Below, one piece after another: positions 56,200 to 64,000 of a DNA stretch of 64,000 nt; position 1 is the stretch's first letter; each line of letters opens with the position of its first letter. Where the stretch lies: positions 80,003-144,002 of the IMG/VR virus record IMGVR_UViG_3300049049_000237. One strand, written 5' to 3'. The stretch comes from a virus. Both the position numbers and the translations under genes were made by a program. The notes beneath the pieces were generated by a model, which saw nothing but the letters and a program-made list of their open reading frames with translations, was not told the DNA's origin and did no database searches.

Positions 56200-57234
56200 A
56201 TGCGGCTCATCGACGAGGTCGTTCGGGACATCTCCCCGAGCGCTCTGGAGAACGCATCCGTCACGGCCGCCTACGTGATGGTGAAGTGTCCGTTCCACGG
56301 AGGCGGTACCGAACGCACGCCGTCGTGTTCGCTGTCTCGCTCCAAGCCGGTGTTCTTCTGCCACGCGTGCAGCACCGGCGGCCACATCAGCAGGTACCTC
56401 CGCGCGATCGGCGCCTCGAAGGACTACGCCAAGAACGCAGTCGAGAAGGTCGACTACGACTACAGCGAGTTCGGCGACGGGGCTGGCCGCAAGTCGATGT
56501 ACAGCGGCAAGGTGAACCGCTTCCGTGGCGAGTTCATCTTGGATGACGACCTACTCGACGGCTGGCGTCTGCGTCCGCAGGCGCTCTTCCATGCGGGCTT
56601 CAAGGAGCGTACGCTCAGGCACTTCGAGGTTGGCGTGGATCACGCCCGCGCTCGCATCACCTTTCCCCTTCGCAACCTGTACGGAGAGCTCGTAGGGGTC
56701 TCCGGCAGGACGATGGTGGAGAACACCGAAGGCCCCAGGTACAAGGTCTACTCGGCCAAGGACCTGGAGGAGTTCGGAGTACCCGCGAACTACACGACCC
56801 AGTCGATCAAGAGCTCGCTGCTTTGGCACGCGCACTTGGTCTACCCCATCTGCTTCAAGACCCGCGAGCCCATCGTCATCTGCGAGGGCTTCAAGGCTGC
56901 GATGTGGGTATGGCAGGCTGGCCTGCACAACGTCGTCGCTCTCGTAGGCGCGAGCCTGTCTATGGTACAGGCAGAGCTGCTGGCGAGGACCGCGAGCGAC
57001 GTGATCTTGTTCCTCGACAACAACACGGCCGGGAAGATCGGCACACACAAGGCCGCGGAGAAACTTCTCGCGAAGAACATCACGAAGGTCGCGAAGTACC
57101 CGGACCTTCGACCGCAGCCCGACGCGCTCACGGAAGCAGAAGTTCAACATGCCGTGACCGCGTCAGTTCCCTACTCACGCTGGCGACTGACGAACCGAAA
57201 AGAGAAGCGGTCGACTGACCGCGCGAAAGACTGA
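56200..57234 (+). CDS. dnaG: DNA primase (CHC2 zinc finger plus TOPRIM)
   Basis: CPFH...CHAC, ICEGFK, FLDNNTAG. Confidence 0.88.
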   Translation: MRLIDEVVRDISPSALENASVTAAYVMVKCPFHGGGTERTPSCSLSRSKPVFFCHACSTGGHISRYLRAIGASKDYAKNAVEKVDYDYSEFGDGAGRKSMYSGKVNRFRGEFILDDDLLDGWRLRPQALFHAGFKERTLRHFEVGVDHARARITFPLRNLYGELVGVSGRTMVENTEGPRYKVYSAKDLEEFGVPANYTTQSIKSSLLWHAHLVYPICFKTREPIVICEGFKAAMWVWQAGLHNVVALVGASLSMVQAELLARTASDVILFLDNNTAGKIGTHKAAEKLLAKNITKVAKYPDLRPQPDALTEAEVQHAVTASVPYSRWRLTNRKEKRSTDRAKD

Positions 57235-57245
57235 GGAAAGACGAG

Positions 57246-58532
57246 ATGACGAACAGGATGTTCACCCCCAAGACCCGTGGCACCGTTCCCCAGCGTCGTT
57301 TCGCGGACGACGCGAAGAAGGCCAAGGGCCGCACGGGCGGTGGCAACTTCAAGAAGGTCGAGGGCAAGTTCGATCGCCTGAAGCTCGGAGAGCAGCCCGT
57401 CTGGCTGCGCATCTCGCCGGACCAGCTCTACACGCAGCTCGTGTGGGATGGCGAGGCGAAGGAGGTCGTCGAGGTCACCCGGCCGTGGTTCGAGTCGGTC
57501 GGCCACTTCGTCCCGGGCAAGCAGCGCGGCTTCAACTGCTCGGCCGGTCCGCACCGGGATCAGCCGTGCCGTGGCTGCGCGATCCGCGCGTGGTTCTTCG
57601 ACCGTCTCCGTGCGAAGGAGAAGGAGATCGCGGAGAAGACGGGGATCGACCCGCGCCGCAACAAGGACCAGGGCGACAAGAAGCGCGACGACTCGAAGTC
57701 GCCGCCGGTGCAGGCCTCGAAGAACTTCGCGATGGGCGTCACCGTCCTGGAGAAGTGCTTCGAGATGCAGGCGATGGGCAAGGGCGGCAAGCCCCGCACG
57801 AACCGTGAGGGCAAGGCCATCACGAACATCGTCCCCGCGCCCCTCTCGGGCCTGTCGCCGCTGAAGCGTCGCGAGATGCCCGGCGAGTTCGGCTACAACT
57901 ACCACTACGGTGTGGGCAGCCGCGAGCTCGCGTCGCTCGCCAACATGGACATGGACCTGTGGAACTCGTGCGCCAACTGCGCGCACGATCTCGTCGCCAC
58001 GGAGTTCGTGTGCACGAGCTGCGAGGTCGTCTGCTTCGACGAGCCCTCGGGCCTGCGTGGCGCGGACCTCCGCGCGATGCGTGAGCAGGAGATGAAGTGC
58101 CAGTCGTGCGGACACGAAGGTCCGCTCAACCCGGTGCTGTCCTGCTCGCACTGCGAGAACCCGGCCGAGGGTTCGATCCTCGCGTTCGACCTCCGCCTCA
58201 AGAAGGTGAAGCTCGACGACAACAGCAGCCAGCTCTCGCTCGAAGAGTTCCGCGTGCCGGACTACGTGTCCCTCTTCGACGACGACGTGGCCAACCGCGT
58301 GAGCGAGCTCATCATGAGCCCGCTCGACATCCCCGCCATCTTCGCCCCCGACACGATCGAGGCGCAGGCGTGGATGCTGCCCGAGGACCTCAAGGCGATC
58401 GATCCGATGTACCACGTCAAGAACAAGAAGACCTCGGCCGCTTACGGCAGCGGCGACGGCACCGAGGGCGAGGGCGGCGATCCCGACCAGATGCAGTTCG
58501 ACGAGTCGAACGGCGAGAACGAGGAGAGCTGA
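57246..58532 (+). CDS. Putative ssDNA-binding protein (gp32-like) with zinc ribbons
   Basis: Between primase and polymerase; acidic C-terminal tail; several CxxC motifs. Confidence 0.55.
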   Translation: MTNRMFTPKTRGTVPQRRFADDAKKAKGRTGGGNFKKVEGKFDRLKLGEQPVWLRISPDQLYTQLVWDGEAKEVVEVTRPWFESVGHFVPGKQRGFNCSAGPHRDQPCRGCAIRAWFFDRLRAKEKEIAEKTGIDPRRNKDQGDKKRDDSKSPPVQASKNFAMGVTVLEKCFEMQAMGKGGKPRTNREGKAITNIVPAPLSGLSPLKRREMPGEFGYNYHYGVGSRELASLANMDMDLWNSCANCAHDLVATEFVCTSCEVVCFDEPSGLRGADLRAMREQEMKCQSCGHEGPLNPVLSCSHCENPAEGSILAFDLRLKKVKLDDNSSQLSLEEFRVPDYVSLFDDDVANRVSELIMSPLDIPAIFAPDTIEAQAWMLPEDLKAIDPMYHVKNKKTSAAYGSGDGTEGEGGDPDQMQFDESNGENEES

Positions 58533-58538
58533 GCCGAG

Positions 58539-60542
58539 ATGCCCCGGCTTCGCCTTCTCCCTCCGGTCGAGGAAGTGAAGACCTGGGCGGACTGCGCCCC
58601 CGTGCTGGAGTACCTACACCAGCGCGGGGGCACGGTCGCTATCGACACGGAGACGACTGGTCTCCGGATGATGGAGGACAAGGTCCTCTTCTGGTCAATG
58701 GCGACCGAGGACCGCCGATGGTGCTTCCCCGTCAACACGATCTACGCATTCGACTCGCTCTTCGCCCGCAAGGACATCAACTGGTGTATGGCGAACGCGA
58801 AGTTCGACATGCACATGCTCCGCAACGCGGGCATCAGCTTTGCTGGCGAGTGCCACGACATCATCGTCATGGACGCGATGATGGACGACACGCGGCCGCA
58901 CGGTCTCAAGGACCAGGGCTGGCTGGCGTACGAAGCGAAGTGGGGTGAGTTCAAGGAACTCTTCCTCGACCCCACCATCGTCGGGAACACGCTGAAGCTC
59001 GACAAGGCAGCGTTCCGCGACTTCAAGAAGCTGAGCGGCGGCGACAAGCTGCTCTACGTGTACAACCAGGCGCCGGAGATGCTCGTCGACTACGCGAGCT
59101 GCGACGCCTACTTCACGTACATGTTGTGGAACGACCTGACGGACCAGCTCGCCTCCGAGCTGCTTCCGGTAGAGGTAGCGCCGGGGTTCGACACCCTGCT
59201 CGACTACTTCCGGGTCCTCGAAGTGCCGATGACCAAGACGCTCTGGAACATGGAGCGCCGAGGCATCCTCATCGACCTCGACTACGTGAAGAAGATCGAC
59301 ACTCCGATGCGCGAGGGCATCGCAGCGGCAACGCGCGAGCTCCAGGAGATGGTCGGGCGGCCCTTCAACCCGAAGAGCACCGATCACCTCCGCGACATCC
59401 TGTACACGGACAAGGGCTTCGGCCTGAAGGCCATCAAGTACACCAAGGGTGGCAAGAAGGGCGCTACCGAGGGCACGGATGAAAAGACGCTGAAGCGTCT
59501 GATGGAACGCGCGGGCAACTCGATGGCCGCGAAGTTCATCTACAAGCTCTTGGAGCTCAAGAAGCTCGTCAAGCTCCACGGCACGTACGTCAAGGGCATC
59601 CACAAGCACCTGGGCCCCGACGGTCGGATCCACACGAGGTACAACCAGACCGGCGCCCGCACGTCGCGTCTGTCCTCGTCGGGCCCGAACATGCAGAACC
59701 TCCCGCGTCCGGATCCCGAAAGCGATCCGTACATGATCCGCGGAGCGTTCATCGCCAGCGACGGCATGGAACTGCTCGATGCCGACTACCCGCAGATCGA
59801 GTTCCGCGTCGCCGCTGTTCAGGCTGGCGAAGAGAAGATGATGGACGCTGTTCGTCGTGGATGGGACATCCACAACGCGAACACCGCCAACATGTTCAAC
59901 ATCGAGTACGACGATCTCGTCGAAGCTCAGACCAAGAAGAAAAAGAAGATCACCATGTCGGATACGGAGCTTCGTCTGCTCCAGCTCCGACAGGAATCGA
60001 AGACCGTCGGTCTCGGCACTCTCTACGGTGAGGGCCCGACGAAGATGGCGATGCAGCTCAACATCACGAAGGAGCGCGCGCTCGACTTGAAGGACACGTT
60101 CTTCAAGACGTACCCGGACATCTACGAGAACATCCTGTTCACGCATGGGTACGCGCGAGCGAAGGGCCACACCTTCACGATGCTGGGACGCATGCGGCGT
60201 CTACACCGCATCGGCAGCCCCCTGAGCAACGGCAAGATCATCGCTCAGGAGGAACGCCAGGCGTACAACACGCACATCCAAGGCAGCGCCGCTGAGCTGA
60301 TGAAGCTCGCGATGCTGCTCGTCGACAACAACGAGGACTTCAGGTCGCTCGGCGGCCGTCTGATTCTGACGGTGCACGACGAACTCGTGGCAGAGGCTCC
60401 GAAGGAGACCGCGAAGGAGTGCGCGGAGATCATGGCGGAGCTGATGAGCCACCCCATCCACTGGGGCCCGCTCGACATGGAGTACCCCGTTCCGATCGCA
60501 CCTGACGCAGCCACCGCCTTCCGGTGGAGCGACGCGAAGTAG
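58539..60542 (+). CDS. polA: Family A DNA polymerase with 3'-5' exonuclease
   Basis: IDTETTG, NAKFD, TSRLSSSGPNMQN, DYPQIEFR, KTVGLGTLYG, IQGSAA, VHDEL. Confidence 0.95.
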   Translation: MPRLRLLPPVEEVKTWADCAPVLEYLHQRGGTVAIDTETTGLRMMEDKVLFWSMATEDRRWCFPVNTIYAFDSLFARKDINWCMANAKFDMHMLRNAGISFAGECHDIIVMDAMMDDTRPHGLKDQGWLAYEAKWGEFKELFLDPTIVGNTLKLDKAAFRDFKKLSGGDKLLYVYNQAPEMLVDYASCDAYFTYMLWNDLTDQLASELLPVEVAPGFDTLLDYFRVLEVPMTKTLWNMERRGILIDLDYVKKIDTPMREGIAAATRELQEMVGRPFNPKSTDHLRDILYTDKGFGLKAIKYTKGGKKGATEGTDEKTLKRLMERAGNSMAAKFIYKLLELKKLVKLHGTYVKGIHKHLGPDGRIHTRYNQTGARTSRLSSSGPNMQNLPRPDPESDPYMIRGAFIASDGMELLDADYPQIEFRVAAVQAGEEKMMDAVRRGWDIHNANTANMFNIEYDDLVEAQTKKKKKITMSDTELRLLQLRQESKTVGLGTLYGEGPTKMAMQLNITKERALDLKDTFFKTYPDIYENILFTHGYARAKGHTFTMLGRMRRLHRIGSPLSNGKIIAQEERQAYNTHIQGSAAELMKLAMLLVDNNEDFRSLGGRLILTVHDELVAEAPKETAKECAEIMAELMSHPIHWGPLDMEYPVPIAPDAATAFRWSDAK

Positions 60543-60552
60543 AAGGAAAGAC

Positions 60553-61881
60553 ATGGCCACGAAGAAGGCAGCGAAGAAGGCGCCGGCGAAGAACACCAAG
60601 CCGGCCAGCAAGGCGACCCCCGCCAAGCGCCCCTCGACGAAGGGCGCTCCGAAGGTGGTCAAGTCGGTGGCGAAGCCGAAGAGCAACAACGCCATCGACA
60701 CCCTCATCGCCAAGATCAACACGGAACTCGGTGGCGAGGTCGTGCGTCGGGCGAACGAGGCCGTCACCTCGCATCTGCTTCGTCGCCCGACGGGCATCAC
60801 CAGCCTCGACATCAACATCGGTGGTGGCTTCCCGGCTGGAGCGCTCAGCCTGGTCACCGGTGAAGACGGCGTGGGCAAGGATTACGTCATCAACTGCGTC
60901 ATCCGCGAGCTCCAGCGCAACTACGGTGACGAGATGAAGGTCGCCATCTTCTCGACGGAGTTCCCGTACGCGAAGGACTACGCGCGCAACGTCTGCGGCG
61001 TGAAGGTCGCGGACACCGACGAGGAGATCGAGGAGAAGAACACGGGCCGTGCTGCGCGTGGTCTTCCGCCTCTCACCGAGGAAGAGGTCGCTCGGATGCA
61101 GGAGCAGATCGGGGAGATCCTGCTCATCCAGGGCGTGAACGCGGACCAGGGGCTGGACGTCGTCCTCGACATCCTCGCCACGGGTCACTTCCAGATGGTC
61201 GCCATCAACTCGCTCGGCGTCTTCGAGACCTCCGCCAAGGAGGCCAAGGAGAGCGTCGAAGAGCACGCTGCGCAGTCGAGCGAAGCTCAGCTACTCGCTC
61301 GATGGATCCCGAAGCTGTTCATGCTGCTCAACCGCGTGACGCCCGAAGGACACCGCAACGAGACGACGATCATCGCGACCAACCAGGTCCGTGCGAACCG
61401 TGATCAGCCGAAGACGAAGCCCGGCATGACCACGCCCACGTACCTGAAGATCCAGCCCGGCAGCGGGTCGTGGGCCCTGAAGCACGGCAAGGCCATCGAC
61501 CTCTGGATGTACAAGCACGACGTCAAGGACAACATGATCCACGACGACACCGTGAAGCCGCCGGAGCTTCTCGGGCGCAAGATCTTCTGGAAGCTGCTCA
61601 AGGGCAAGCTCGGCACGCACGACGGCAAGCACGGGTCGTACGACTACTACTTCGCCGATGGTGCGGACCTCGTGGGCGACATGCTCGCGACCGGCGTCGC
61701 TGTCGAAGCGATCGAGAAGAACGGCGCCTACTACCGCTTCACCGACAACGCCGGTGAGGTGCTTCTCTACGCGCAGGGCGTCGAGAAGGCCTGTGCGCTG
61801 CTGCGTGAGAACCGCGAGCTCCAGCTCGCCGTGCGCGAGGCGATCCTCGCGAAAGCCGGCCTCATCTGTAGGTACACCTGA
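60553..61881 (+). CDS. recA: RecA-like recombinase with Lys-rich N-terminal tail
   Basis: PTGITSLDINIGGGFP, GEDGVGK, TNQVR, ALKH, GAYY. Confidence 0.8.
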   Translation: MATKKAAKKAPAKNTKPASKATPAKRPSTKGAPKVVKSVAKPKSNNAIDTLIAKINTELGGEVVRRANEAVTSHLLRRPTGITSLDINIGGGFPAGALSLVTGEDGVGKDYVINCVIRELQRNYGDEMKVAIFSTEFPYAKDYARNVCGVKVADTDEEIEEKNTGRAARGLPPLTEEEVARMQEQIGEILLIQGVNADQGLDVVLDILATGHFQMVAINSLGVFETSAKEAKESVEEHAAQSSEAQLLARWIPKLFMLLNRVTPEGHRNETTIIATNQVRANRDQPKTKPGMTTPTYLKIQPGSGSWALKHGKAIDLWMYKHDVKDNMIHDDTVKPPELLGRKIFWKLLKGKLGTHDGKHGSYDYYFADGADLVGDMLATGVAVEAIEKNGAYYRFTDNAGEVLLYAQGVEKACALLRENRELQLAVREAILAKAGLICRYT

Positions 61882-62063
61882 TGGACCCCGATGCCTGCCT
61901 GAAGGAAGCGATCGAGGCGCTGCTCAACGACGACGCGGAGACGTTCAACGAGCGCCTCCAGAACTACGACGAGTGGCGCAGCAAGCAGGGCTTCGAGCCC
62001 AGACTTCAGATCAGCGGCGACGTGCTGCGAAAGGTCCTGGACAGCGCCGGACGCTCGTTCTGA
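61881..62063 (+). CDS. Small hypothetical protein
   Basis: TGATG coupling; MDPDACL...W...GFEP. Confidence 0.65.
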   Translation: MDPDACLKEAIEALLNDDAETFNERLQNYDEWRSKQGFEPRLQISGDVLRKVLDSAGRSF

Positions 62064-62069
62064 GGACGC

Positions 62070-62573
62070 ATGAAGAAGCCGTCGCAGAAGAAGATCAAGA
62101 GAGCGTCGGCCGCCGCAGAGCATGACTTCGCGGCTGCTCTGGGTGGCCGGCGCACCTGGAACTCCGGATCGGGCCCCGTGAAGGGGGACGGTCGGGTGAA
62201 GGGCAAGTACCGCATCGAGACGAAGTGCCCTCCCACGGGGCAGTATCGTCTCGCTCTCTCGGAGTGGGCGATCATCAAGCGCGCAGCAGACGAGGCGCTG
62301 GAGGTTCCCCTCTTCCACATCAAGTTGCTCGACATGGAGATCGTGGTACTTCGTGAGAAGGACTACGAGGCCATCGCGGGCAAGCCCTGCCTCGAAGCCG
62401 CATACGGTGGCGAAGCGAAGACGTTCCACTTCACGCGTGGTCTCTGGCTGCGCGTGATCAGTGGGTCGCAGCGCCTCCGCTTCTCGCTGTCAGACCCGCA
62501 CAATCGCATCCGACCGGCACATCTACTCGCTGTCCCCCGGTCCCACTTCATGACCATCGCGGAGAACCTGTGA
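62070..62573 (+). CDS. PD-(D/E)xK nuclease, Holliday-junction resolvase-like
   Basis: E...NSGSG...KGDG...IETK. Confidence 0.65.
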   Translation: MKKPSQKKIKRASAAAEHDFAAALGGRRTWNSGSGPVKGDGRVKGKYRIETKCPPTGQYRLALSEWAIIKRAADEALEVPLFHIKLLDMEIVVLREKDYEAIAGKPCLEAAYGGEAKTFHFTRGLWLRVISGSQRLRFSLSDPHNRIRPAHLLAVPRSHFMTIAENL

Positions 62574-63415
62574 TCATCAACGCCGTCACGCGAGCTGACG
62601 CGCAGCTCATCAACGACGTCGCCGAGCAGGTGTTCGACCTCGAAGCCGCGTACGTCAACTGGGTGGAGACCGAGCCGCGAGACGATCGCCAGGGGCACTT
62701 CCACCCCTCGGCGGTCGGTGGCTGCGCCCGCCGCAACGTCTACGAGTACATCCGCGCGCCGCGGATGTTCATGGACAAGCCGGCCGACATGGAGATCTTC
62801 CGTATCGGCCACGCCGTCCACCACATCGTGCAGACGATCCTCGCGGACCTCGGCCGAGTGCTGACCCCGCGAGGGATCGAGTACTCGTTCTACCCCGAGA
62901 TCCCGTACGACCCCGCGACCGACCTGCTCTACAACGACCTCGGGATCGGTGGCACCTGCGACGGGCTGCTGGAGCTGCGGCACACGCGGCTCGGCTGGAC
63001 CCAGCGCGGGGTGGTTGAGATCAAGACCATCAAGAACGAGAAGTTCAACCAGCTCAAGGCTCCGAAGGAGGAGCACCAGATGCAGGCGAACCTGTACGCG
63101 TTCAGGTTCGACACGCCGATCATCTGGTACTGGTACTACAACAAGGACAACAGCCAGCGTCGCGTGTTCAAGACGCGGGCGAGCGACGAGTACCTCGACA
63201 AGGCGCTTGCTCGCTTCGTCGAGCAGAAGGCCCACGTGGACGCGGGCACGCTGCCCGACCGCGAGGAGTCGTTCTGGATGTGCCCGCGCTGCGAGTACGG
63301 ACACATCTGCCAGCCGTCCAAGCTGAAGCGGGTCCAGGAGCAGGAGAAGCTGATCCAGGTCCGCACGAACGGCTTCGGCGCCAGGAAGAAGGCGAAGGTA
63401 TCGAATGGGACTTGA
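62570..63415 (+). CDS. PD-(D/E)xK exonuclease (Cas4/AddB-like with Fe-S cysteines)
   Basis: HPS...CAR, GTCDG, EIKT, QANLY, CPRCEY...C. Confidence 0.8.
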   Translation: MIINAVTRADAQLINDVAEQVFDLEAAYVNWVETEPRDDRQGHFHPSAVGGCARRNVYEYIRAPRMFMDKPADMEIFRIGHAVHHIVQTILADLGRVLTPRGIEYSFYPEIPYDPATDLLYNDLGIGGTCDGLLELRHTRLGWTQRGVVEIKTIKNEKFNQLKAPKEEHQMQANLYAFRFDTPIIWYWYYNKDNSQRRVFKTRASDEYLDKALARFVEQKAHVDAGTLPDREESFWMCPRCEYGHICQPSKLKRVQEQEKLIQVRTNGFGARKKAKVSNGT

Positions 63416-64000
63416 TCTCAGCCGCGCCGGCATCGTGCACGAGAAGGACCTCGAAAAGCGGCGCACGCGCACCGAGGAGCTGCTCCAGACCGTGAACAAC
63501 GAGCTCGCCGAACGCGGCATCCCCGAGGTGCCCAGGCCCAGTGGCCACCCCACGCCGTTGGCCGAGGTGGATATCACCACCCTGACCAACGACGAGCTCA
63601 CGATGCTCTACGCGCAGTACGCCGCGTACTCCTCGTACATCGGGGACCAGCTTGCGCAGATCGAGGCGGCCGAGGAGGACGCGAAGCGCAACCTCCGGGA
63701 GACGATCGCGGAGGTCAAGGACGCACTCTTCGCGAAGGGCAAGAAGGGCCCCGAGGTCACCGCCGCTGCGATGAAGGACCCGCTCGTCGAGGAGCTGAGC
63801 CTCATCCACCTCAAGTACTTCTTCATGAAGGCCATCATGAAGAGGCGCTACAAGAGCTACATCACACAGGGCGCTGCGCTGTCGCGCTCCATCGAGCTGC
63901 GCAAGCTCGACATGGAGCAGACGCGACGCACTGGGAACCTGGGCAGACGTCCGGCTCTCCCGACCCCCGGAGGGTTCGGGACGAAGAAGCCGTCGCCTAC
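63405..64000 (+). CDS. Partial coiled-coil protein, possibly a UvsY-like recombination mediator
   Basis: Not in the ORF track; open from ATG 63405 to the window end; helical, ALSRSIELR. Confidence 0.6.
   Translation, partial: MGLDLSRAGIVHEKDLEKRRTRTEELLQTVNNELAERGIPEVPRPSGHPTPLAEVDITTLTNDELTMLYAQYAAYSSYIGDQLAQIEAAEEDAKRNLRETIAEVKDALFAKGKKGPEVTAAAMKDPLVEELSLIHLKYFFMKAIMKRRYKSYITQGAALSRSIELRKLDMEQTRRTGNLGRRPALPTPGGFGTKKPSP

Noticed and set aside
62570-63415. CRISPR-Cas locus suggested by the Cas4-like nuclease
   Set aside because: No repeat-spacer array or other cas genes seen; context is recombination genes
1-64000. tRNA, rRNA, inteins, introns or stop-codon reassignment
   Set aside because: No cloverleaf or rRNA recognised in the short gaps; TerL, GyrB, DnaB, PolA and RNAP read through without intein-sized insertions; TAG, TGA and TAA all end genes normally

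Overview
This window is a segment of a large, high-GC (roughly two-thirds GC by eye) tailed dsDNA phage genome with a contractile tail. It is not a bacterial chromosome. Genes sit in strand-segregated blocks. Minus-strand blocks encode virion and packaging functions: tail tube and sheath, neck proteins, major capsid protein, prohead protease, terminase, portal, baseplate spike and many Ala/Gly-rich head proteins. They also include a 2075-aa fused beta/beta-prime RNA polymerase translationally coupled to the spike gene. Plus-strand blocks encode DNA metabolism: GyrB, an AAA+/vWA-peptidase pair, SF2 helicase, a UDG-like protein, DnaB, DnaG, an SSB-like protein, family A DNA polymerase, RecA-like protein and PD-(D/E)xK nucleases. 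Hairpin terminators mark convergent junctions. At divergent junctions two promoter classes lie back to back. A motif CCTATCAG-N-A-N-N-RYG precedes plus-strand blocks, and sigma70-like TTGACC-N18-TAnnnT promoters, apparently leaderless, precede structural blocks and the RNAP gene. The leading hypothesis is a virion-packaged single-chain RNAP that reads the CCTATCAG promoters early, with host RNAP making late transcripts. Head proteins are also saturated with a K-x-A motif, probably a maturation-protease site. It would cut them into ferritin-like and glycine-zipper modules. All functional calls come from motifs recognised by eye, with no database searches.
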